A DNA stretch of 64,000 bases, taken from the NCBI GenBank assembly GCA_009773455.1, contig WSXU01000001.1, positions 117,186 through 181,185 of the forward strand, written 5' to 3'. The translations under genes were made by a program, and so were the position numbers. This document shows, one piece after another, positions 10,425 to 18,940 of the stretch; the stretch's first letter is position 1, and every line of letters starts with the position of its first letter. Origin of the DNA: Bacteroidota bacterium. Lineage in GTDB: Bacteria; Bacteroidota; Bacteroidia; Bacteroidales; Lentimicrobiaceae. The notes under the pieces were generated by a model. The model did no database searches. It was not told where the DNA came from and was given only the letters and a program-made list of their open reading frames with translations.

Positions 10425-10982
10425 TTACGATTTTACTCCAAGATTCAGAATTATTACATCTAACAATGCATCTTTATCAGCATAATTTCGTGCACTTGAA
10501 TAGAGATAATCTTCAGGCTTTTCAACCAACCCGTTTTTTACAGGATTATAGTGGATATAGTTTACTTTTTGTTCGATAAACTTTTGACTGTATATAAGTT
10601 CCGCATGGTTATTATTTGTCCAGAATTGGTATTGTTGTTTAGCTTTATACTTTCCGTGATATTCGAAAATAAGTTTCATCCAATCTCTCCTGCTTTCACT
10701 CGATTTCAATATTTCACTCATAAACTGTTTACATGTATAACTTTTAAAATCACGGATAAATCCACTCAAATCTCCCTGGCCGCTTTGAGCAAGAATGTGT
10801 ATGTGATTCGACATAATCACATAAGCGAATATATTCAGAGATTTGTTTTTCCGGCAATACTCAAGGCTATCGATAACGATGTCGCGGTAGACTTTTCGGG
10901 TGAAGATATCAACCCACCCAACAATCTGGAAGGTAAGGAAATAAGCACCTTCCGTTTCTAAGATTTTGTAACCCGATGACAT
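10425..10982 (-). mobile_element. REP-associated tyrosine transposase (RAYT/TnpA-REP, HUH Y1 superfamily)
   Basis: YFLTF start, YVIMSNHIH (HUH), QFW, YIHYNPV (catalytic Tyr), YSSA; flanked on both sides by palindromic repeats; visibly AT-richer than neighbouring genes. Confidence 0.92.
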
Positions 10983-11145
10983 GATAAAATCAAATTACAA
11001 CATTGGATTCTTTCCTGGATTATTAGCAGAGTATATATTTCTAACGGGTGGTCTATTAATAGGAATAAATAGCAGATATAAAGTAATATAAAGTTACAAA
11101 AAAAATGTTTCGAATTCAAGTTCCTGTGTTCACTGAAAGCATTTC

Positions 11146-11251
11146 GCAGGCAGAGCCTGCCATCATATTCCGGCTGAGGCAGAGCCTCAGCCAACCCCTG
11201 GGTTAAGCCGGGGCTCTGCCCCGGCTTGCTATCATGGCAGGCTCCGCCTGC
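11146..11251. repeat. Composite REP unit 3 (106 bp), upstream of the RAYT
   Basis: Differs from unit 1 at only two positions (GCCATCATA vs GCCGTCATA; TTCCGG vs TTCAGG); same orientation. Confidence 0.9.
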
Positions 11252-11342
11252 GACTGGATTCAATAAATCAATGATGTATGCTTTTTCCTGCAATTAAAAT
11301 ATTCCGCTTTGCTTACCTTTGAAGTAGTCCAAATGATCCTTT

Positions 11343-12500
11343 ATGAGAATTTATGTATCCCTGATCATGATCTGTTTCTTCATGAAACTTACGTCGCCGA
11401 AAGCACAGCCATTCAGCAGTTTTCTGCAGCAGATCAACCTGCTGGAACAGGAAAAAAGACAGGAACAGGTAAACAGATTCCTGGTAGGAAAACCGGATAT
11501 TCCTGTGATTGAATCTGATACTGTTGTGTACTTCCTATACAGCGGAAATGCCATCTCCGTTGCCATTGCCGGTGATGCCACTGCCTGGATACCAACACTC
11601 AGCATGACCCGGATTATCGGCACCAATCTCTGGTATGTCAGCACTTCATATCAAAAAGACGCCAGGCTCGAATACAAAGTGGTGATCAATGATATGGACT
11701 GGAAGCTGGATTCACTTAACCGGCGGATTGTTGCCGGAGGCATGGGCAATAACTCAGAGCTGATCATGCCCGGTTACCAGGCCGGTAAATATAACATCAA
11801 ACGGCCATCCATTCCTTCAGGTTCGGTCTCGGATACCGTAATTCAAAGCAGGGTAATGAAGGAAAACCGCAAAATCCTGATATATCTCCCACCCGGATAT
11901 TCCGGCAGCCACGATCGTTACCCTGTCTGCTATTTCCATGACGGGATTGAGTTTTTCAACCTAACAGCAGCAAAAAATATCCTTGATAATCTGATATCCG
12001 GGAAACGCATACAACCGGTTATCGGGGTATTTATTGAACCTGTTCAACGGGATGAGGAATACTCAGGCTTCAGGCAGAGCGATTACACCCGTTTTGTAAC
12101 AGAAGAGCTTTCATCTTTTATCGATGCGACATACCGTTCCGAAACAAATCCGGAAAGCCGCGCACAGTTCGGCATTTCAAACGGAGGCAATATTTCCCTG
12201 TGGATAGCCGCTTCGCATCCTGAAAATACCGGGAAAGTTGCCGCTTTTTCAAGCAATGTTGAAAAGAGTGTTATGAAAGCAATTAAGAAATCAGAGTGCA
12301 ATAATCAGAAGGTCTACCTTGATCTGGGAGCCTATGACATACCTGCCCTGCTGCCGATGGTAAGGAATCTGAAAGACCTGCTGACGGAAAAGGGGTGCAG
12401 CCTAAGCTATCATGAATACCCTGAAGGGCACAACTGGGCTTTCTGGCAGAAATACCTCCCCGATGCCCTGATATTTTTCTTCCCTTCTGATTCCAGGTGA
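11343..12500 (+). CDS. Secreted esterase (enterochelin-esterase-like alpha/beta hydrolase with N-terminal Ig/CBM48-like domain)
   Basis: ARLEYKVVIN Ig-like strand, IYLPPGY, YFHDG, GISNGG nucleophile elbow, EGHNW; TACCTTTG -7 box at 11314-11321. Confidence 0.85.
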   Translation: MRIYVSLIMICFFMKLTSPKAQPFSSFLQQINLLEQEKRQEQVNRFLVGKPDIPVIESDTVVYFLYSGNAISVAIAGDATAWIPTLSMTRIIGTNLWYVSTSYQKDARLEYKVVINDMDWKLDSLNRRIVAGGMGNNSELIMPGYQAGKYNIKRPSIPSGSVSDTVIQSRVMKENRKILIYLPPGYSGSHDRYPVCYFHDGIEFFNLTAAKNILDNLISGKRIQPVIGVFIEPVQRDEEYSGFRQSDYTRFVTEELSSFIDATYRSETNPESRAQFGISNGGNISLWIAASHPENTGKVAAFSSNVEKSVMKAIKKSECNNQKVYLDLGAYDIPALLPMVRNLKDLLTEKGCSLSYHEYPEGHNWAFWQKYLPDALIFFFPSDSR

Positions 12501-12521
12501 ATACAAAGATGTTTTCATCAG

Positions 12522-12548
12522 AAAAAGGGAGCCGATGACTCCCTTTTC
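12522..12548. terminator. Bidirectional intrinsic terminator
   Basis: AAAAAGGGAG-ccgatga-CTCCCTTTTT between convergent genes. Confidence 0.75.
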
Positions 12549-12554
12549 TCTGCA

Positions 12555-14651
12555 TCATTTCCTCTTTTTAAATTCAGCCAGACCGCTGTCGAGAAACTCC
12601 AGGAACTTATCCACATCAAGGTCATAGGCTTTCGGTGAAACCAGCAGTTCACCCTTTGCATCCAACAGCACATAATAGGGCTGGGCATTGATGTTGTATT
12701 TGCTGATCTGGTAATCGGCATATTTCTTACCGATGGTTTTCTTCACCTTCCCATCATAGGTGGATGTAATCCATTCCGATTCGGGAAGTTCCGTCTTATC
12801 ATCCACATAAAGGGCGACAAGCACAAAATCTTCGCGGAGTTTCTTTAACACGCGTGGATCTGACCATACCCTGGACTCCATTTCCCGGCAATTGACGCAA
12901 CCATGGCCCGTGAAGTCAATAAATACGGGCTTCTGCTGTTTCGCTGCACAGGCCAGTGCCTGTTCATAATCAAAATAGCCTTCCAGACCATGAGGAAGAT
13001 GAAGTATATCACCATATTTGGGCTTATCGCAAAGGGTTGAACCACTGTGCTCAGTACCAGCCCCCCCGCCAGTACCATAGACCTGGATGTTGTCACGTAT
13101 AATTTTATTAAGGTCGAAATCGTGGGTTGCCTGAGGGGGCAGGTAGCCCGACAATGCCTGCAGTGGCGCGCCGAACATACCGGGAATCATATAGGCAACG
13201 AAAGTAAATGTTGCAATGGCCAGACCAAGCCGTGGCACGGCTATGTATTTCAGGTCGCTGTCGTGCGAAAACTTCAGCTTACCCAGCAGGTAAAATCCCA
13301 TCAGGGTAAAGATGACAATCCATAAGGCAAGGTAAATCTCACGATCAAGAATGCCCCAGTGGTAAGTCTGGTCTGCAATGCTGAGGAATTTCAGACCAAG
13401 CGCCAGTTCGATAAATCCCAGCACAACCTTCACTGAATTCAGCCATCCGCCAGATTTTGGCATATTGTTGAGCCAGCGTGGGAAAAAGGCAAATAAGGTG
13501 AACGGCAATGCAAAGGCAAGTGAAAAACCCAGCATCCCAACAATGGGTTCAAGTACTTCACCGCCTGCCGAAGCCACCAGAATGGCACCAACGATGGGAC
13601 CAGTGCAGGAGAATGAAACCAGTACCAGGGTAAAAGCCATAAAGAAGGCACCAATGATGCCTCCCCGGTCGGCCTGAGCATCTGATTTGTTGATCATCCA
13701 ACTGGGCAGTGTAATTTCAAACATGCCCAGGAATGAAGCGGCAAAGAACACGAATATCAGGAAAAACAGCACATTGGGAATCCAGTGTGTACTCAGGAAA
13801 TTCGCAAAATTGGCGCCAAGTGTCACTGCAACAACAGTTCCGATTACTGTATAAATCAGGATGATGGATATACCATAAATAAGTGCCTGTGCTTTCGCTT
13901 TCACTTTATCCTTTTCCTTGAGGAAAAAAGTAACCGTCATTGGAATCATCGGAAATACACAGGGAGTAAGAATAGCAGCCAGTCCGGCAAGAAAAGATAA
14001 GAAAAAGAGCTTCCAGAGCGATGAATTCTCATCCAGCCCGCCATTGCTTACAGGTTTGATCTCCGCCTGCTGCAACGAATCCGAGTGCCCTGCAGTGTCA
14101 GCAACAGCAGTGGATGTATCGGCCGGAGCTGTTTCGCCGGGAGTGGTGACAGGAACCACAGTCGCTCCTGCATCAGGGTTTCCTTTAATGTTGAATTCAA
14201 AATCCACCGTTTCCGGGGCAAGGCACTGCTTATCATCGCAGCACATAAATTCCAGGTAACCGGTAACCTTAAAATCTTTTGCCGAAAGCACACCGATGGT
14301 TTGGGTAAAAACAGCCTTATCGTTGAAGTACTTCAAAATGGCCTGAAACTGATTGTCAAACTCTTCAACGGATTTTGATTCCTTTACCTTACCGATGGTC
14401 TTAAAATCCCTGCTTTTTTCAAAGTTAAAGGAAGTAGCAACAGGGCCATCAGGAGGTGGTGGCACATCCTGCGAATATAAATGCCATGGCCTGTCGATGG
14501 TCGCTGTAAAGATCAGCTGAACCTCGGCCGGACTGATTTGTTTTGTGCTGAATGTCCACTTCACAGGTTTCATCACCTGGGCACCGGTGATCAGGGGTAT
14601 TGCCAGGGCTAAAGCCAGCAGCAATATGACATTTTTCAGTTTCTGGGTCAT
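12555..14651 (-). CDS. dsbD: Thiol:disulfide interchange protein DsbD family
   Basis: N-domain MCCDDKQC, membrane LTPCVFPM and SFSCTGP, thioredoxin DFTGHGCVNC. Confidence 0.9.
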   Translation of the reverse strand: MTQKLKNVILLLALALAIPLITGAQVMKPVKWTFSTKQISPAEVQLIFTATIDRPWHLYSQDVPPPPDGPVATSFNFEKSRDFKTIGKVKESKSVEEFDNQFQAILKYFNDKAVFTQTIGVLSAKDFKVTGYLEFMCCDDKQCLAPETVDFEFNIKGNPDAGATVVPVTTPGETAPADTSTAVADTAGHSDSLQQAEIKPVSNGGLDENSSLWKLFFLSFLAGLAAILTPCVFPMIPMTVTFFLKEKDKVKAKAQALIYGISIILIYTVIGTVVAVTLGANFANFLSTHWIPNVLFFLIFVFFAASFLGMFEITLPSWMINKSDAQADRGGIIGAFFMAFTLVLVSFSCTGPIVGAILVASAGGEVLEPIVGMLGFSLAFALPFTLFAFFPRWLNNMPKSGGWLNSVKVVLGFIELALGLKFLSIADQTYHWGILDREIYLALWIVIFTLMGFYLLGKLKFSHDSDLKYIAVPRLGLAIATFTFVAYMIPGMFGAPLQALSGYLPPQATHDFDLNKIIRDNIQVYGTGGGAGTEHSGSTLCDKPKYGDILHLPHGLEGYFDYEQALACAAKQQKPVFIDFTGHGCVNCREMESRVWSDPRVLKKLREDFVLVALYVDDKTELPESEWITSTYDGKVKKTIGKKYADYQISKYNINAQPYYVLLDAKGELLVSPKAYDLDVDKFLEFLDSGLAEFKKRK

Positions 14652-14678
14652 CCTTGTATAAATTTAGTACTCAGGCAG

Positions 14679-16013
14679 CTAATCAAGCCATTCTATTTTG
14701 AGAATCCTTTTTGTTTCATTTTTTATTCTGAAGGCGTTTCCGATGCGGTGTCCGACGAGCCAGGCTATTTCATTCCCACTGATCAGCAACCAGGCATTTT
14801 CCTTCTCAACGATTGAAAATTTATTGTCGATGAAAAAATCGCTGAGTTTCTTATGACTAGTCATGCCATAGGGTACAAAGGTATCACCTTCTTTCCATTT
14901 CCGGAGTCTGAGGGGCCATTCTATTCCCGAAACATCAAGCATGGCTATGTTTCCGCTTTTTGAAACAGCCAGACCCGGATGATTTTCAATATAAGTGAAC
15001 CTGAGCTGGATTGGCTTTTTCAGCTCAGGGTTCTCCTCATCGATAACTATTTCACCTGCCGGCGGTACACCCACCGGACCCAGTGCTGTAATCAGGAGCA
15101 ATTCACGGTCCTTGACCAACCGGTGTGTTTGTGAGAAATACTGCTTTCCTGAAATATCCTCCAGCCCGGCCGCCACCTCATCGGTGACACTCCGGTTAAA
15201 ATTAAAGGGTTGCAGTAACTCATACATATAGACTTCTAGCGGCCGTAGATTCAATAATTCACTGATTTTCAGCGTTGCGTAATCTTTTCCAAAGGTCCCG
15301 GATTTGTTCCATACCGCTTCCAGGTGATTGTGCAACAGCATTTCTGTTTCACGCATCCTGTCGATGGTAGACGTTATGGTTTTCCTGAATTCAGGGTTGA
15401 TCTCACCCAGGAGCGGTACCAGATCGTGCCTGATTTTATTTCTTACATACTTTGAGGAGCGGTTTGAACTGTCTTCGCGGTAACTGATCGCCTCATCCCC
15501 GGCAAACTCTTCAATCTGCCGGCGGAAGGCAAACATCATGGGATGCACTATCCGTGTCCGGTTGGGCAGGATTCCGTGCAACCCGCCTATTCCTGTCCCC
15601 CGAAGCACATTGATAAAAAATGTTTCAATCTGGTCATCAAGGTGGTGAGCTGTGGCAACGGCTTTGAATCCTTCAGCCTGAACCAGTTCATCGAACCACT
15701 CATACCGCAGTGTGCGGGCGGCCATCTGTACCGACATCTTATTAAAACCGGCATATTCCCTGGTTTTAAACTGCCTGACAAAGAACCTGACTTTATAAGT
15801 TTCGGCCATCGATGTAACAAAAGCCTCATCCTGGTTCGATTCACTTCCCCGAAGGTTGAAATTGCAGTGAGCAATGGCAAAGTTAAGACCGGCCCTGTGA
15901 TAGAGCTCAGCCATGACCATAGAATCAACACCCCCGCTGATGGCCAGCAATACCGGTTCTTCGGGTGAAAAGAGACGAAAGGATGAAATATATTGCTTAA
16001 ACTGCCCGAGCAT
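14679..16013 (-). CDS. tilS: tRNA(Ile)-lysidine synthetase
   Basis: LAISGGVDSMV PP-loop, TAHHLDDQIET, DSSN..KYVRNKIRH, C-terminal KKLSDFFID. Confidence 0.95.
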   Translation of the reverse strand: MLGQFKQYISSFRLFSPEEPVLLAISGGVDSMVMAELYHRAGLNFAIAHCNFNLRGSESNQDEAFVTSMAETYKVRFFVRQFKTREYAGFNKMSVQMAARTLRYEWFDELVQAEGFKAVATAHHLDDQIETFFINVLRGTGIGGLHGILPNRTRIVHPMMFAFRRQIEEFAGDEAISYREDSSNRSSKYVRNKIRHDLVPLLGEINPEFRKTITSTIDRMRETEMLLHNHLEAVWNKSGTFGKDYATLKISELLNLRPLEVYMYELLQPFNFNRSVTDEVAAGLEDISGKQYFSQTHRLVKDRELLLITALGPVGVPPAGEIVIDEENPELKKPIQLRFTYIENHPGLAVSKSGNIAMLDVSGIEWPLRLRKWKEGDTFVPYGMTSHKKLSDFFIDNKFSIVEKENAWLLISGNEIAWLVGHRIGNAFRIKNETKRILKIEWLD

Positions 16014-16017
16014 GCGA

Positions 16018-16025
16018 CAAAGTTA
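16018..16025 (-). promoter_or_regulatory. Bacteroidota -7 promoter box for tilS
   Basis: Minus strand TAACTTTG (consensus TAnnTTTG) just upstream of the ATG. Confidence 0.65.
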
Positions 16026-16397
16026 TAAAAAGATCATGATTGATAAAGACAGACTGGTTATCAGAAATTTACACTTTAACATATTTTAATAAGTGTACAT
16101 AAATCCATCCGTTGCCTGGCATTTCTATCTTTCTGTTTTTCATTACTTTAAAAGAGGATATCCTAAGCTAATCAACCCCGGAATTTACAATTATCAAAAG
16201 CTCCTATTTTCGATCCGGAAATTTTAATATTGAAATCGATTTATTGAAGGAAGTTGCTTCTGGGATCTAAAAACGGACGATTCAGAAAGCCATGTTCATC
16301 CGGCACTGCAAGCGGCTTATACTGCAGTCACAGCAAAAAACCCAAAACTATTTTCTCCGATTGAATCCTTCTTACATTCATTATGCAGGTAAAATCA

Positions 16398-18305
16398 CTA
16401 TTCGTACCATTTCATGAGATTTCTCCTGTTGCGGTCGTTCAATATAATCTTTGCAGGAGGTGAATAAAGAAAACCGATAGACTCCTGATAGGCTTCCGTG
16501 ATTTTGCCCCTGACCATTTTCATCGAAAAATTTATAAGATGATTCTGTTCAGTGAAAGCCTCCGGTAAAACGCAGATGGCTGAAGGAAGCCAGCGCTCGG
16601 GGAACAGCCCGGCATGGCGGCCATGGCTGTAGTAAGCATCTATTTCATGCTGTATGAGCCTTAAAGCGGCATCGATTCCTTCCACACTTCCGGGTTTCAC
16701 CCCTGATTGCACCAGAAAACGGTTGATGTCGGTCATTGACGGGACCAATAGGGCAACAGTGCATGGTTGCTGATTATTGTATAACATACACTGGCTGATA
16801 TAAACCGACTGATCGGTAATGGCTTCTTCTATTCCCTCCGGACTGTATTTCTCACCGTCGTTGGCAATAAGCAGGCTTTTATATCGCCCGAGTACGATCA
16901 GAAAACCATCCTTATCCATATATCCGAGATCACCGGTATGAAGCCAGCCATCCCTCAAAACTTCGGATGAAGCTTTCGGATTGTTCCAGTAACCTTTCAT
17001 CACATTTTCTCCCCTGATGACTATTTCACCGGTTTCGCCTTCAGGAAGCTGGTTACCCTCAGTATCGCAGATTCTGAGTTCAAGATAATCAACCAGACGG
17101 CCGGATGTCCCCATCTTGATGTTCTTCAATGAATTGGATGAGATTATAGGGGATGCTTCTGAAAGACCATAACCCTGACAGACAGGAATGCCAATGGCAT
17201 AGAAAAACCGCTGCAATTCCAGATCAAGCAGCGCTCCGCCACCAATAAAAAACTCCATTTCACCACCAAAAGCCATTCTGACTTTCCGGAACAGGATCCT
17301 GTCGTATAACAATACCAGGGGTTTCAACAATGACCTCCACCCATGCCCTTTATTAAAGCCTAAGCCATTATAAGCATAGGCAACAGACAGGGCATGTTTG
17401 AACATGGCAACAGCAGGTTTTCCTTTCGCTGCAATGGCAGATTCTATGTTTTTACGGAAATTTCTTGAAAGCGCCGGAACACTCATCATGATATGAGGCT
17501 TCAGCTCCCTGATGTTGACCGGAACATTTTTGATGGCCTCCATGGCGGACTTACCTGCCTGAACCGAACCAACCGCGGCACCCTTTGCCATAAAACAATA
17601 AAGGCAGGCTGTATGCGCAAAAGAATGGTCCCATGGCAGGATCGCAAGCGTACGGTGGGTGGGAGGAATATCCATCAGGGTGAGCGCCTGTTTTACATTG
17701 GCCACGTAATTCAGATGGGTAAGCATAATGCCCTTCGGATCAGCTGTTGTGCCTGATGTATAGGAAATGTTGGCCAGATCATCCGGCTTAACAGCCGACA
17801 TTCTCTGTTCCAGGACAGAACTATTGGTTTCAAGAAATTCTGAGCCTATTTCCAGGAGTTCAGAATAAGTGTGGTCGGTGTCTGTACCTTCCGGCTTGCC
17901 ATCAATAAATATCACTTTCTCCAGATCGGGCAGCTGCCCGCGGATTTCCAGAATTTTAGCTGCATGCAGACCAGATACAATCACCATTCGGGTACCGGAA
18001 TGCTGCAGGCGGAACTTCAGGTCTGTGGCAGCATCAAGCCTGACCGAAAGAGGCACACTGCAGGCTCCTGAATACAATATGCCAAGTTCACTGATTATCC
18101 AGGCATTTCTCGCTTCTGAAAGGATGGCCACCCGGTCACCGGGTTCAATTCCGAGCACAATTAACCCGGCAGCAACTTTACATACCTGATCGTAAACCTC
18201 AGCATATGTAGTTCCCTTGTATTCAAGCGTGGTTTTCTCATACAGATAGATATTCTCTGCATAATTCAACACACTCTCCCCGAAAAGATCGATGATGGTT
18301 TTCAT
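16398..18305 (-). CDS. Long-chain fatty acid-CoA ligase (AMP-dependent synthetase)
   Basis: YTSGTTADPKG, QGYGLSE, WLHTGDLG, GRYK; start 18305 (MKTII) preferred. Confidence 0.9.
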   Translation of the reverse strand: MKTIIDLFGESVLNYAENIYLYEKTTLEYKGTTYAEVYDQVCKVAAGLIVLGIEPGDRVAILSEARNAWIISELGILYSGACSVPLSVRLDAATDLKFRLQHSGTRMVIVSGLHAAKILEIRGQLPDLEKVIFIDGKPEGTDTDHTYSELLEIGSEFLETNSSVLEQRMSAVKPDDLANISYTSGTTADPKGIMLTHLNYVANVKQALTLMDIPPTHRTLAILPWDHSFAHTACLYCFMAKGAAVGSVQAGKSAMEAIKNVPVNIRELKPHIMMSVPALSRNFRKNIESAIAAKGKPAVAMFKHALSVAYAYNGLGFNKGHGWRSLLKPLVLLYDRILFRKVRMAFGGEMEFFIGGGALLDLELQRFFYAIGIPVCQGYGLSEASPIISSNSLKNIKMGTSGRLVDYLELRICDTEGNQLPEGETGEIVIRGENVMKGYWNNPKASSEVLRDGWLHTGDLGYMDKDGFLIVLGRYKSLLIANDGEKYSPEGIEEAITDQSVYISQCMLYNNQQPCTVALLVPSMTDINRFLVQSGVKPGSVEGIDAALRLIQHEIDAYYSHGRHAGLFPERWLPSAICVLPEAFTEQNHLINFSMKMVRGKITEAYQESIGFLYSPPAKIILNDRNRRNLMKWYE

Positions 18306-18442
18306 ACACCCGGAATGAGGGTGCAATTTACGAAGAATTCAGATCGATTGATCTGCCATGTAAGGCAAATAGCATTATCACACGTTTGATCAATCATTGT
18401 ATCACAACAAAATATTCACGAAAAAAAACAATAATGATTTTT

Positions 18443-18458
18443 GTTAGTATATACTAAC
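18443..18458. promoter_or_regulatory. Candidate MarR operator 1 (perfect 16-bp palindrome)
   Basis: GTTAGTATATACTAAC, directly followed by a TATATTTG -7 box (18459-18466), 12 bp before the marR ATG. Confidence 0.7.
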
Positions 18459-18470
18459 TATATTTGTTGC

Positions 18471-18881
18471 ATGAATACGCTGATAGAAATTGTTGCCGGA
18501 TTATCCGGTATGATCGGACAGATGGAAGAGTCTGCTAAAATACAGTTTAACCTTTCCAACCTCACACATACACAGATGCATTATCTGGAAACAATCAGCA
18601 GGCTTGGAAATCCGAATATAACTGAGCTTTCCGCCTCACTGAAACTCACCAAACCAACAGTTAAAGTGGCTGTTGACAAGTTGATTGAAAGAGAATTTGT
18701 TTCCAAGGTACAATCGGATGCTGACAGGCGCAGTGCCCATCTTCACCTGACTGAGAAAGGAAAACTGATCAATCAGATGCATGATTATGCGCACAGGAGG
18801 ATAGCCGAAACCATCAACAGGGCCCTGAATAAAGAAGAACTTGAATGCCTCACCAACCTGTTGGTTAAGGTGCTTTCATAA
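18471..18881 (+). CDS. MarR family transcriptional regulator
   Basis: Winged HTH: LTHTQMHYL, ITELSASLKLTKPTV..VDKL, DRR..LTEKG; start 18471 preferred. Confidence 0.9.
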   Translation: MNTLIEIVAGLSGMIGQMEESAKIQFNLSNLTHTQMHYLETISRLGNPNITELSASLKLTKPTVKVAVDKLIEREFVSKVQSDADRRSAHLHLTEKGKLINQMHDYAHRRIAETINRALNKEELECLTNLLVKVLS

Positions 18882-18905
18882 TAATATCATTTATTTAATC
18901 TTTTT

Positions 18906-18921
18906 GTTAGTTAATACTAAC
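18906..18921. promoter_or_regulatory. Candidate MarR operator 2
   Basis: GTTAGTTAATACTAAC, 14/16 identical to operator 1, same TTTTT prefix, 19 bp before the ATPase ATG. Confidence 0.65.
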
Positions 18922-18940
18922 GATTATAAAACGACTGTTT

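Noticed and set aside
10958-11293. 111-aa ORF upstream of the RAYT
   Set aside because: It reads through REP unit 3 and an AT-rich promoter region; the composition reflects the repeat.
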